A DNA stretch of 64,000 nucleotides. It comes from a virus (Duplodnaviria > Caudoviricetes). The stretch's first letter is position 1. Each line of letters begins with the position of its first letter. The stretch lies in IMG/VR virus record IMGVR_UViG_3300042294_003246; one strand, 5' to 3'. The position numbers and the translations under genes are program-made. The notes beneath the pieces were generated by a model. It was given only the letters and a program-made list of their open reading frames with translations. It searched no databases and was not told the origin of the DNA. This document shows positions 18,638 through 28,700 of this stretch, in pieces.

Positions 18638-19833
18638 GAAAGATTGGAATTATTGACTGTAACAACTTTTATGTTAGTTGTGAACGGTTATTTAACCCTG
18701 AGTCAATTGGAAGACCTACCGTTGTATTATCAAACAACGACGGATGTGTGATTGCCAGATCTCAAGAAGCAAAAGATCTTGGAATTAAAATGGGTGAACC
18801 ATTTTTCAAGAGCCGTGAGTTCATGGACCAACATAGATTTTGCGTCTATTCATCAAATTATAACTTGTATGGTGATATCTCAGATCGGGTTATGAAAGTG
18901 ATTGGTGAGTTTGGAAATGACATTGAAGTGTATTCTATTGATGAAGCTTTTGTTGATTTTTCAAACATTCCTCTTGAAGATCTAACAGAAACATTATTGG
19001 GAATCAAAGAAGAAGTAAGAAAGAAAGTTGGAATCCCTGTATCTATCGGTGTTGGTCCGAACAAAACCTTAGCTAAACTAACATCTTATTTAGCTAAACA
19101 ACAGCTAAACTATAATGGTGTGTGTTCATACTGGGACTTACCAAACTTTAGAAATATTTGTTATGGAATTGATGTAGATGAAGTTTGGGGTATTGGTAGA
19201 AAATGGGCAAAAAAATTAAAAAACATCGGTGTTGAATCGGTAGGTCAGTTTATTAACACAAACGAATATACTGTTAGAAAGTTGATGAATATCAATGGTG
19301 TAAAAACACAATTGGAGTTAACAGAGATGTATTGTTTTCCAATTCAAAAAAAATCCAAACCAAAGAAGAATATCGCTTCCACTCGTTCATTTGGAAAAGA
19401 TGTACAGGACTTTGATCAATTGGGTGAAGCGATGTATACCTACATTAAAAACGGTGTAAAAAAACTAAGTCAAAACAAATTGTTTGCAAATAAGGCAACC
19501 ATATTTGTTTCAGGAAACTATCATAAAGGAGATAAGTATCACCATTCTAAAACAATCAAACTACAAACCCCAACAAGAGATCCCGATCTTATTTGGTCTC
19601 AGATTCATGAACAATACAAAGTTCTTTGTAATAAATCTGAAAAATATAAAAAGTGTGGAATTGTTTTTAATGAACTAACTCCCGACACAATTATTCAAAC
19701 CTCTTTATTCAATGATGAGGTCCAAGTTGTTGAAGCACCACAGAATGAAACTCATGAGTGGGAAATGAGACAAGACTATATTACTCAAAAATATACTACA
19801 TCTTGGGATGAACTCCCTTATGTTTTTGTGTAG
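18601..19833 (+). CDS. umuC: Y-family DNA polymerase V catalytic subunit (start may be ATG 18616)
   Basis: IDCNNFYVSCE, VLSNNDGCVIARS, YSIDEAF, GPNKTLAKL, VWGIGR, STRSFG, YKKCGI, WEMRQ...YTTSW. Confidence 0.93.
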   Translation: MGKSNMDIKENVRKIGIIDCNNFYVSCERLFNPESIGRPTVVLSNNDGCVIARSQEAKDLGIKMGEPFFKSREFMDQHRFCVYSSNYNLYGDISDRVMKVIGEFGNDIEVYSIDEAFVDFSNIPLEDLTETLLGIKEEVRKKVGIPVSIGVGPNKTLAKLTSYLAKQQLNYNGVCSYWDLPNFRNICYGIDVDEVWGIGRKWAKKLKNIGVESVGQFINTNEYTVRKLMNINGVKTQLELTEMYCFPIQKKSKPKKNIASTRSFGKDVQDFDQLGEAMYTYIKNGVKKLSQNKLFANKATIFVSGNYHKGDKYHHSKTIKLQTPTRDPDLIWSQIHEQYKVLCNKSEKYKKCGIVFNELTPDTIIQTSLFNDEVQVVEAPQNETHEWEMRQDYITQKYTTSWDELPYVFV

Positions 19834-19996
19834 AAAAGTATTTGAATGTAATTGTAAAACTTATTCGAAAAATCTTGAAGGAAAATGAACCTAGATTACC
19901 CAAAAAATTATGAACCAAAAATCAAAATAAAAGTTGAGAGTAAAAAAACTTATAACAAAGGGAAAAAACTAGCTTATTAAATTACTAATTAAATAG

Positions 19997-20323
19997 TTAC
20001 ATATTTTTTAAAACCATCTCCAAAGTATATATAGACTCTTTATCTTTTTTAGTTTGGATCTTTTTAGATTTCAAATAAGATAGCGAATCCATAATTTCTT
20101 GTTTTTTAGAAGTTGTAGGCTTTACCTCTTTGACGGAAGTTGTGTTTGAGTTCAAAACTTTTTTAACACTCGGAGTTTGTGAAGGTAAATTTGTATTATA
20201 TAACAAATTATAAATCTTCGCCGCAGTCGTAGTGTCCTTAGCAAATAAATAAATGAGAAAAAATTTAAATATCTTATACATCCAAACAAATTTAAAATAA
20301 ACCAATTTCTTCAGCTTCCTCAA
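19997..20323 (-). CDS. Hypothetical protein (start uncertain)
   Basis: ORF track; basic C-terminal half fills the intergenic space. Confidence 0.4.
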   Translation of the reverse strand: MRKLKKLVYFKFVWMYKIFKFFLIYLFAKDTTTAAKIYNLLYNTNLPSQTPSVKKVLNSNTTSVKEVKPTTSKKQEIMDSLSYLKSKKIQTKKDKESIYTLEMVLKNM

Positions 20324-20504
20324 CAGTTAGATTATCCAAACCGATTTTTAACATAGAGAAAAACTCCAAAACGGAAATATCAACACTTTTTTCTTCTTCA
20401 ACTATTTCAACATAATCAGGTTCTTCATCAAACTCAAACATGCTATCTTCAAAACGTGAGTCAATAAACTCATAAATGCGGTCGGTAATTTTGTTCATCT
20501 TCAT
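20292..20504 (-). CDS. Small acidic hypothetical protein
   Basis: ATG 20504 immediately after the host-type TATCTTTG (20509-20516, minus strand). Confidence 0.6.
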   Translation of the reverse strand: MKMNKITDRIYEFIDSRFEDSMFEFDEEPDYVEIVEEEKSVDISVLEFFSMLKIGLDNLTVEEAEEIGLF

Positions 20505-20577
20505 ACAACAAAGATACAATTTTAAATGAAATAAATTACTTTTTTCATAAATAAATTTTCTAAAGTATTTATATGAT

Positions 20578-23415
20578 ATGAGAGATTTAATAATTCAAGT
20601 AATAACTGAAGAATCTAAAAAACTACTTAAAGAAAGTGGTATCAGAGATATTAAAAAACTTTCCAAAAGATATCAAATGGCCAAAATCTATTTTCATCAA
20701 GATTTAGATGGAGTTACCACGGCATTGGCAATGAAAAACTATTTGGAAAACAACGGAATCAAAGTTGTTGATGCCGAAATTATTCAATATGGATCAAAAG
20801 AGTTTGCAATTCATAAACCTGAAGGTGAAGGTGATATAATGCCAGTCTTAGTGGATTTTGCTCACGGTAAACCGATGTTTGTAATTCACACAGATCACCA
20901 CGACACTCAAGCTGGTGTAGAACAGGGAACATCAACAAACTTCAAACCATCAAGATCGAATGTTGAAACAATTTCACAATCAATTTCACCAAGAGATATT
21001 TTTAGTCAAGACGATATCGAAACAATTTCTATGATTGACTCAGCAGATTTTGCAAAACATGATATTACTCCACAACAAGTTTTGAAATATCTATTCCAAG
21101 TGGATAAAACAAAAGGAGTTAAAGAAAATAAAAAAATGATGGGACTTGTTGCTAACAAGTTATTATTAGCGTTTAAAAACAAACCTGGGTTTTTGAAAAA
21201 GTTAGTTATGGATGCAAAACCATCACTTCAGAGTATTTTATTAAATATAAAAGATATAATGGAAAAAGAAGGTTATGCGTCAATAGACCAATTGATAAAA
21301 AACCAAGAGTCCTATATTGAATCAAGAAAAGAAAAAGGTGTTACTTATGAAGATGGTATTATTTCACAATATACATTAGGACCAACGCAAAAATCAGGTG
21401 GATATGATCGTTACACACCATTCATCAATCATCCTGACGCTGAGTTCTTAGTGACAGGACTTCCAATGGGAATGGTTCAAGCATCTTGTAATCCATATAA
21501 AAAAGAAAGAGCGTTAAAGGGTGTTGATTTAGGTGAAATAAAAAATGAGGTATTAGAAAAGTTTAGACCTGAATTAGAAAAACAAAGAATTTCATTTGGA
21601 ACACTTAAAAGAATATCAGAAATGGACTCTGATAAAACTTCAGTTGGATTTACATTTAAAGACTTTTTAGCAATATATGGAAATTCACCATCTTTGAAGA
21701 TTTATGGGACAGAAAAACTTGAAAAATATCTTGATTACATGTCAAAAAAACTTTTCAAATCAATACCTGCGGAAGATAGAAAAGTATTTAACAAGGCTTC
21801 TGTAAATGGTTATGATGTTATTATGGCTAATTCAGGAGGACATAAATGTATTACAAATATTTCTGGTATTAACTATCTATACTCTAATTCTAAGTTCCAA
21901 GAACCTGAACAAAGAGTTAGAGAATCTTATGTTGATTTGTTAAAAGACATTCAGGCTGAGTTTGTAAAAACTTTAAAAGAAAAAATAAAGTCTTCCACCA
22001 AAATACAAGAAAAATACATTACTAAAAAAAAAATATTAAGTAGCCCAACATCAATTCTTCTGAACCCAAAAAACCTAATAAAAGAACAAAAAATTAGTTT
22101 ACCATTAATAATTAAAGATGGATATTCAGCACCCAAAGGGGATGCTGATGCTCTTCACTCATTTGAAAGAAGAAAAAAAGATGGTTTTGGGGGTAAAATG
22201 ACAACAAAAATTGGAGAAAAGTTAAAAGAAATTTACAACGCAGGAATCAATCCCGACGTTGTGAATATAAACATAACAGTAGACTCTAAAAATTATACGG
22301 TTCAGTGGGAAGCAACTTTGGATGAAAGTCAAGATGGAAATGCTTACATGGGAGTTTCAACAAGAGGATCTGCAGGTGGTGGGGCCGATATTAGAGCGTT
22401 GGGTCAAGTAGGACCATTAAAAAAAGAATTAGAAAAAATGGGAGCAAGAAACATTACACAAGTTTTAGACTTTAATAATAAGTCAGGAGTAAAAATCAGA
22501 CAATATTTCTTTAAATACACTTTACCTGAAAAATATCCACCACATGAAACATCAGAAGGTTTATATTCTAAAACGACAGAACCGTCAGTTATTAACTTAT
22601 CCGACGACAAATCTTTAGAAACAAATCAAGGACAACTTGTTGGTGATATTTTAAATTTTGGATCGTTGAAGTCTAATCTTAGTCAAATACTTAAAAACAA
22701 GATTGGTTCGTTGTTTGGATCCAAAGAAACATCAGATGAGGACGATACTAAATCAACACAGACATCAACCGCGACGGTTTCTCAAACATCAGGAAGTGAT
22801 TCAGATTTTATGGAAATCACAAAAAAAGTGATTGCCAATTTTGAGGGCGGATATTGGAACGGATCAACGTCAAAAAATGAGAGCACAAGTAAATTAGGAA
22901 TTTGTAAAAATCACCCGAAGGGAAGTATGGGTTCATCAACAGAAACTATGTTCGGGTTAGATAGATATAACGGTAACATAGAAAGCACCCCTGAGGGTAA
23001 ACAATTTTTTGAAATTATAGACAACCAAAAAGAAGAATTGGGAATGGACGCTTTTTGTAAAAAATGGAAATGGTTATATCGAGGTGGTGAAAACGAAGAG
23101 GAATTAAAAGAATTGGCCGCTAAAATAATGAAAAGATCATTTGATAGAAATATGTCAAATTTTGTTAAAGACCAAGAAGTCAAAGACAAAATTATGAAAA
23201 ACAAAGGGCTTTTGGTTCATATGACTTATGCGTGTTGGAATGGACCTGGTTTCTTCAAAAAGTTTGCAAATGAATTAACCGATGCCGTAAAACAAGGGAA
23301 ATCTGACTCAGAGTTGATAGATGTTGCGATTAATTCAAGGGCAAACACAAAATTGTTAAATAAAGATAAAGTGGCGGCGGCAATTAAAAATCCCGACGGA
23401 ATGAAGACCGCTTAA
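20578..23415 (+). CDS. Leader-bearing multidomain protein: DHH-like phosphoesterase, unknown domain, GH108-like lysozyme
   Basis: Leader MRDLIIQVITEESKKLLKES; HQDLDG...VDFAH...TDHHD; internal NLIKEQ junction; C-terminal FEGGYWN...TMFGLD; TATTTATA at 20566-20573. Confidence 0.7.
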   Translation: MRDLIIQVITEESKKLLKESGIRDIKKLSKRYQMAKIYFHQDLDGVTTALAMKNYLENNGIKVVDAEIIQYGSKEFAIHKPEGEGDIMPVLVDFAHGKPMFVIHTDHHDTQAGVEQGTSTNFKPSRSNVETISQSISPRDIFSQDDIETISMIDSADFAKHDITPQQVLKYLFQVDKTKGVKENKKMMGLVANKLLLAFKNKPGFLKKLVMDAKPSLQSILLNIKDIMEKEGYASIDQLIKNQESYIESRKEKGVTYEDGIISQYTLGPTQKSGGYDRYTPFINHPDAEFLVTGLPMGMVQASCNPYKKERALKGVDLGEIKNEVLEKFRPELEKQRISFGTLKRISEMDSDKTSVGFTFKDFLAIYGNSPSLKIYGTEKLEKYLDYMSKKLFKSIPAEDRKVFNKASVNGYDVIMANSGGHKCITNISGINYLYSNSKFQEPEQRVRESYVDLLKDIQAEFVKTLKEKIKSSTKIQEKYITKKKILSSPTSILLNPKNLIKEQKISLPLIIKDGYSAPKGDADALHSFERRKKDGFGGKMTTKIGEKLKEIYNAGINPDVVNINITVDSKNYTVQWEATLDESQDGNAYMGVSTRGSAGGGADIRALGQVGPLKKELEKMGARNITQVLDFNNKSGVKIRQYFFKYTLPEKYPPHETSEGLYSKTTEPSVINLSDDKSLETNQGQLVGDILNFGSLKSNLSQILKNKIGSLFGSKETSDEDDTKSTQTSTATVSQTSGSDSDFMEITKKVIANFEGGYWNGSTSKNESTSKLGICKNHPKGSMGSSTETMFGLDRYNGNIESTPEGKQFFEIIDNQKEELGMDAFCKKWKWLYRGGENEEELKELAAKIMKRSFDRNMSNFVKDQEVKDKIMKNKGLLVHMTYACWNGPGFFKKFANELTDAVKQGKSDSELIDVAINSRANTKLLNKDKVAAAIKNPDGMKTA

Positions 23416-23429
23416 TTGAATTACAAACA

Positions 23430-23849
23430 ATGAAACAAAAAATTAGAAAAATATTAAAAGAAGAAGACGGGGGACTCAAAGAAAGATTTCTCAGAAATAT
23501 GAAATCACTTGAGTATATTATTCAAAGTAATGTGAATAATGATATTGAAGAAATTGAATTTGTTGATGTTGATTTTTACGAAAGATATAAAGATATCACT
23601 GCAACAATTAAAGTCAAATCTTATTGTGAGGATCCTGACATTTATGAATTATCTACCCAAATGAAAAAAGTTGAAGATCAAATTTACCAAATTATCGGAA
23701 AATACGAATTTTCAAAAAACGGTAAATTGAATAAAGTTGATGGTGATAGTTATCTCATGTTTTTTGCTATTAAAGTAAATTGGGAAAGTAATAATGGTGA
23801 ATTATATATTGAATTTTATTTACACCAAGATGATTATAGAACTGAATAA
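23430..23849 (+). CDS. ILKEE-leader family protein
   Basis: MKQKIRKILKEED. Confidence 0.7.
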   Translation: MKQKIRKILKEEDGGLKERFLRNMKSLEYIIQSNVNNDIEEIEFVDVDFYERYKDITATIKVKSYCEDPDIYELSTQMKKVEDQIYQIIGKYEFSKNGKLNKVDGDSYLMFFAIKVNWESNNGELYIEFYLHQDDYRTE

Positions 23850-24313
23850 TGAGAAATTTAATTAAACAAATATTAAAAGAAGAAACAAGTCCTGACGATA
23901 TTCGTAAAGGAATTGACATTACCGTTATAATGTTAAAAAAACAATATCCTTTTGTTGTGGGTTGGGAATATTCTGATTCACCCGATAAATGGACTTATAA
24001 AATATATATCGACCTTGAAATTGATCACTCGAAAATGATGGAGTTTTATGGTTTGAAACCACACCCAAAATGGTATAATTTTTTGAAAAAGGATATCGAA
24101 ACACGAGAAAAATACCCATATCCGTATTCTCAAACAAATTATGAGGAAGATGAAAACTTTGATACCGATGAATATAGAATATTACAAAATGACTTAGAGA
24201 GTTTTTATGAGGAAATGATACCAAACAAACTCAAAATGAAACGATCACGGGCTGTTTTTAATCAAAATGAACCTAAAGATTTGGGTGTTGATAATTACAT
24301 TTTTGTTAAATGA
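23849..24313 (+). CDS. ILKEE-leader family protein
   Basis: MRNLIKQILKEET. Confidence 0.7.
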   Translation: MRNLIKQILKEETSPDDIRKGIDITVIMLKKQYPFVVGWEYSDSPDKWTYKIYIDLEIDHSKMMEFYGLKPHPKWYNFLKKDIETREKYPYPYSQTNYEEDENFDTDEYRILQNDLESFYEEMIPNKLKMKRSRAVFNQNEPKDLGVDNYIFVK

Positions 24314-25179
24314 GAGAGTTAATTAGATATATCTTAAAAGAGTCTTCAGCACTTTCAAACATACTTGATGTAATTAAAGATGAGGGTATATTTGTTGCTG
24401 CTGAAATGGTTGGTGGAATAAATAATCTTAAAAGAATGATGAAACCATTTCCTGATCTTACGGACATGATAGATTCACTCAAAGGAAAGTTGGATCTTTT
24501 AGGACATTTCAAAAATGATATAATTGAATTCCCATTTGAATTTGAAGTTGTTGGTATTGCTAAAAATATACATGAAACGAACTCTTGGCCAATACTTAAT
24601 TTGATTTATGATGATTCTAACTTAAATGAAAGTGATAAAAAATTGTTGGAGCAATTTATTTACTCCTCAATTGCTGATTTAAACATAGGTAAACTTGATA
24701 TAAAACCTGAAGTAAGAGACATGTACAAAGATGGGTATTATGTTTCTATTGACTTTGTAAATGGAAAAGACTGGGAAAGTTTGGACCACGACATTAGGTA
24801 TAATTACAATGATATTAAAAACTTACATCGTGAGTATTACAATAAAATTAATATGAACGAATCGAAGACACTTCAAGAAAACGAAGAAGACCCAACTCAA
24901 AAGATATTAAACTTTCTTTTAAGAAGATATAAAGTGGAGGAAAGAAATTTTGGTGATGAAGAAAAACCAATAATATTTAAGACAATATTTTTTGATGTTA
25001 ACGGAGAAACATATACCATATCAACATTTCAAAACAAACAAGAACAAAGAATGACAATTATTAAAATGTTGATAGAACATGATGTAATTGAACCCTTCAA
25101 TTTTTATGAAAGACACCTTGACTCTTACGCTCAAAATGTGGTAAGAGCTGTTAAAACATTCTTAAACCAAGTAATGTAA
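24310..25179 (+). CDS. ILKES-leader two-module protein
   Basis: MRELIRYILKESS; internal INMNESKTLQENEE junction. Confidence 0.7.
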   Translation: MRELIRYILKESSALSNILDVIKDEGIFVAAEMVGGINNLKRMMKPFPDLTDMIDSLKGKLDLLGHFKNDIIEFPFEFEVVGIAKNIHETNSWPILNLIYDDSNLNESDKKLLEQFIYSSIADLNIGKLDIKPEVRDMYKDGYYVSIDFVNGKDWESLDHDIRYNYNDIKNLHREYYNKINMNESKTLQENEEDPTQKILNFLLRRYKVEERNFGDEEKPIIFKTIFFDVNGETYTISTFQNKQEQRMTIIKMLIEHDVIEPFNFYERHLDSYAQNVVRAVKTFLNQVM

Positions 25180-25181
25180 TT

Positions 25182-26210
25182 GTGAATCAACTTAGACAAC
25201 ATATTAAAAATGTTCTTGTTGAGGAAAACCAAAACAATAAAGTTAATTTGGTTAAACAAATGATATATGATTTGTTTGATGAGGTTTCTTTTATTGAGCA
25301 ATCCACATATGATGATAAACCACTCCTTAAAATTTACTTTGACTCCGACGATCCTGCCGCAAACATCACATCTTGGTTTGCGGAACACATATCAGACGAA
25401 ATCATGCAAATTACAGGTGGTCATGTTGTTGTTTGTCCTTATTGGGCTTTTCATTGGGATTTTAGACATAAAATTGTTGATGTTTACATTGACACTGAAA
25501 AGTTGAAATATGATAATTTGGGAAATGTTATTAACGAATCTGAAAAAAAGAAAAAATTAGAAAAACCAATTAAATACTTCTACAAAAACTTTTTACATGA
25601 ACAACCAGTTGAATATAAAGGAATAATTTTACAACCAAATTATCACGAAGAATATGATGTTATTACTTGGATTATTGAAAACCCTGAGGATTATTCTTTC
25701 AATGGGGAATTGATTAAAGAAGTGGCGGTTGATGAGTTTAGAGATTTTTGTTCTTTTGTTAATTTAGATTTTTATGGGTTATACAAACAAATGAATGTTA
25801 TAGAAAACATGCCAAACGGTCGGTATTACTTAAACAAAAATGATGAAAACTTTATTGAAACAACATTAAAAAATAAAAAGTATTTAGAATTCGACGCCTA
25901 TAAATCTCAGTATATGTTAAACTTTGAATTTGTAAGATATCAAATTCACATAAACAGTGATACTATTGAAATTACCACAAGGGGATATTTTGAGGGTGTT
26001 AAAATAACTGAAGACGGTAAAGAAGAACAAGTTGACGATAATTTCATTGAAGAAATGACTGACTTTGAGTTCGATGATTTCAGGGAGTATTTTTCATTCA
26101 ATGATTTTTATGGTGAAGTATTAAATCGTTTACGAACAAACCCGAGATTTTATGATCCTCGTATAGATATGTTTGATGTAGAAATAGTGCCATTAAGAAG
26201 TAGGGACTAA
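25182..26210 (+). CDS. Leader-bearing two-module protein
   Basis: (GTG) NQLRQHIKNVLVEEN; internal NVINESE junction. Confidence 0.7.
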   Translation: MNQLRQHIKNVLVEENQNNKVNLVKQMIYDLFDEVSFIEQSTYDDKPLLKIYFDSDDPAANITSWFAEHISDEIMQITGGHVVVCPYWAFHWDFRHKIVDVYIDTEKLKYDNLGNVINESEKKKKLEKPIKYFYKNFLHEQPVEYKGIILQPNYHEEYDVITWIIENPEDYSFNGELIKEVAVDEFRDFCSFVNLDFYGLYKQMNVIENMPNGRYYLNKNDENFIETTLKNKKYLEFDAYKSQYMLNFEFVRYQIHINSDTIEITTRGYFEGVKITEDGKEEQVDDNFIEEMTDFEFDDFREYFSFNDFYGEVLNRLRTNPRFYDPRIDMFDVEIVPLRSRD

Positions 26211-26237
26211 TTGGTTTTTTTTAATATTTATTAAGTA

Positions 26238-27482
26238 ATGGATCTAAAACAACATATCAAAAATATACTCAAAGAAGAAACTAATGAAAGTTTATTAGAT
26301 GATCTTGGTAATTTTTTCAGGTTTAAAAAAAGGGTAGAAGTTGATCCTAGTACAATACAATCAGAAAAAGAAAAATTCACATGCGAAGATTGCGGAGATC
26401 CCAATTATCAAATGTACATGGTCGACGATGATATTTGGCGTGAATTCGGAAACAATACCAATACACTTTGTATGTCTTGTTTAGAAAAACGAATGGGAAG
26501 AAAATTAACCAAACACGATTTTTCTCAACACCGTAGTGCTCCTGTAAATAAACATAATTTAGAAGTTCAGGATATTCTAACAGAATCAGTGAAAGAACAT
26601 GTAAGTGATCTTAAAAAACCTTTCATGAAATATGAAAAACTAATTAACAAGTTAGTTTATGATGTATTTGATGAAGGTATTTGTGGGTTAAGTTGGGATG
26701 TAATCAAACTACATCATAGAGAAGGAATTTCAATAAGGATCATTTTATATTTTACTTATGATAGTTTGAAAGATTTTGGTTATGAAAGATACGGACAATC
26801 TAAACAAGAACTTAAAGGATTAATTGAAGATTATTTACCAAAGTTTGACGGGATATATATTGCTTACGACACAACAAAATGTGATGATACTCATAAAGAA
26901 GAAGAAACCGAAGGTGTTGGTGGTTATGCCGCACCTGCATTTGAAATGAAACCAGATCATGTTCATTTCAAACACCAATATAATGAAGAAACAGAACTTA
27001 CAGAGAAATGTTGGAAAGGATATACTCAAAAAGGTATGAAGACAATGTTTGGTAAGAGATATCCTAATTGTGTTAAAAAGAAAAATAAATCATTAAAAGA
27101 ATATTGGACTCCAAAAGAAGAAGACTATTCCAATATAGAAAGTGCGATCAACAAAATTATACCAAAGAGTTTTTCTTGGTTTAAAGAAATAGAAATAGAT
27201 AATATTAGTTATTCTGAATTTTCCAACACATTAACAATTTACGGAGAATTAAAAGTAGATGAAAAGTGGGGAGCAAAACAATGGAGAGAATATTATGAAT
27301 ATAAACCTTTCCCTTCAAATAGTGGATGGGAAGAAGAAGATCCCGTTAGATTAGGTGATATTATAGGAAAAGGAGAACTTGATGATTTAAACGACGAATT
27401 AGAACTTATAGTATCATCAGTTGGTGGTTACTCAATTATAGATACCATGAGATTAGGACAACTAAAATTATATTTTGTATGA
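26238..27482 (+). CDS. Leader-bearing four-module polyprotein
   Basis: MDLKQHIKNILKEET; Zn-binding CEDC...CMSC module; junctions ILTES, ELTEK, SLKEY; TATTTAT at 26225-26231. Confidence 0.75.
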   Translation: MDLKQHIKNILKEETNESLLDDLGNFFRFKKRVEVDPSTIQSEKEKFTCEDCGDPNYQMYMVDDDIWREFGNNTNTLCMSCLEKRMGRKLTKHDFSQHRSAPVNKHNLEVQDILTESVKEHVSDLKKPFMKYEKLINKLVYDVFDEGICGLSWDVIKLHHREGISIRIILYFTYDSLKDFGYERYGQSKQELKGLIEDYLPKFDGIYIAYDTTKCDDTHKEEETEGVGGYAAPAFEMKPDHVHFKHQYNEETELTEKCWKGYTQKGMKTMFGKRYPNCVKKKNKSLKEYWTPKEEDYSNIESAINKIIPKSFSWFKEIEIDNISYSEFSNTLTIYGELKVDEKWGAKQWREYYEYKPFPSNSGWEEEDPVRLGDIIGKGELDDLNDELELIVSSVGGYSIIDTMRLGQLKLYFV

Positions 27483-27507
27483 TAAAGATAAAAGAACAAA
27501 TAATTTG

Positions 27508-27547
27508 ATCCTCCACTTGTAAAAATGGGGGATTTTTTTTATCTTAG
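27508..27547 (+). terminator. Intrinsic terminator overlapping a host-type promoter
   Basis: ATCCTCCA-CTTGTAAAAA-TGGGGGAT followed by a T run; CTTG (27516-19)-N20-TATCTTAG. Confidence 0.65.
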
Positions 27548-27552
27548 CGTTA

Positions 27553-27804
27553 GTGAAAGATTTATCCAAATATATAGAGTCGTTGCTCGATGATCATATG
27601 CCCGACAAAAAAGTTGAGGTTAAAAAATATAACGATAAGTATTCAATTAAAATCACCATAACTAAGGAGAATTTTAATCCTGAAACACAAGATTCTTACC
27701 AATATATTATGTCGTTTACCACCGACTATACAATAAATGACATTATGAAAACTTTTTTACCTGATAACCAAGTTATGTTTTACACAACTTATATTTTTGT
27801 TTAA
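27553..27804 (+). CDS. Small hypothetical protein (paralog of 27805)
   Basis: MKDLSKYIESLLDD vs MKDLTEYIESLFDD. Confidence 0.6.
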   Translation: MKDLSKYIESLLDDHMPDKKVEVKKYNDKYSIKITITKENFNPETQDSYQYIMSFTTDYTINDIMKTFLPDNQVMFYTTYIFV

Positions 27805-28107
27805 ATGAAAGACTTAACCGAATACATAGAATCTTTGTTTGATGACATTAATTTGCCATTAAAAATTTCTTTACAGGAAGATGGATCATATTTTATTTCT
27901 ATAACAAAAGATTTAAAAGGTAGTCATGTATTCTATAGTATGGCTATTGAAAACGCAGAACCAAACATTAGATACATAAGAAATCAAATAAAAAGATACT
28001 TACCAAATCTTAAAGTCAAATTGTTGGTGGAATATATTAATTACCCGAACATTAATTTAAAACCAATGCTTAAAGAATATAAATACGGAGCATGGAAAAT
28101 AAATTAG
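27805..28107 (+). CDS. Small hypothetical protein (paralog of 27553)
   Basis: Shared N-terminus and IKxxLPxxxVxx C-terminal pattern. Confidence 0.6.
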   Translation: MKDLTEYIESLFDDINLPLKISLQEDGSYFISITKDLKGSHVFYSMAIENAEPNIRYIRNQIKRYLPNLKVKLLVEYINYPNINLKPMLKEYKYGAWKIN

Positions 28108-28349
28108 ATAAACTTATATTGGACTATTTCAAACTGATCATACCACATGATTATGATGATTTAAAATTCAGATATAGTGCAAACAAAAAAATATTTTTCA
28201 TTACTGTGCATTGTGATACGGCCCAAAAGGCACATAAGTTCTTCGGGAGAAAAGGAAGGGATTTAAATATACTAAAACAATTAGAGGAAGATATGTCAAA
28301 TATGTTCCCATTTGATTTTTATATCACTTGCGAATTTAAAGTTTCTTAG
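28092..28349 (+). CDS. Putative KH-domain RNA-binding protein
   Basis: FFGRKGRDLNILKQL resembles the KH GxxG loop. Confidence 0.45.
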   Translation: MENKLDKLILDYFKLIIPHDYDDLKFRYSANKKIFFITVHCDTAQKAHKFFGRKGRDLNILKQLEEDMSNMFPFDFYITCEFKVS

Positions 28350-28362
28350 ATATTTATTAGAT

Positions 28363-28638
28363 ATGAACCTACAAGAACAAATATCAAGAATACAAGAAAT
28401 GATGGGGGTTATTAATGAACAAACCACAGGTGACACAAACACCATCATTAAAAATATAATCAATAAACCAGTAACATTGATGGGTGTTGAGCCCATAAAA
28501 ACTGAAGTTCATAAAGTGGATATATTAAACGATGGGTCTTTAGATATACATTTCAAAAATGGTCAAAACATGAATATATCACAAGAAAGGTTCAGATCAA
28601 TTAATTTAAAAATTCCACTTAAATTTCATTTAAAATAA
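28363..28638 (+). CDS. MNLQEQI-leader family protein
   Basis: True start ATG 28363: MNLQEQISRIQEMMGVINEQ; TATTTAT at 28351-28357. Confidence 0.7.
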   Translation: MNLQEQISRIQEMMGVINEQTTGDTNTIIKNIINKPVTLMGVEPIKTEVHKVDILNDGSLDIHFKNGQNMNISQERFRSINLKIPLKFHLK

Positions 28639-28641
28639 TTT

Positions 28642-28682
28642 AATCCTCCGTTTGTTTTAATGGGGGATTTTTTATATATTTG
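28642..28682 (+). repeat. 37-bp direct repeat, copy 1 (terminator plus host promoter)
   Basis: AATCCTCCGTTTGTTTTAATGGGGGATTTTTTATATA identical to 30267-30303; TTTG (28651-54)-N20-TATATTTG (28675-82). Confidence 0.9.
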
Positions 28683-28700
28683 TGTTAAATAGATAAACAA

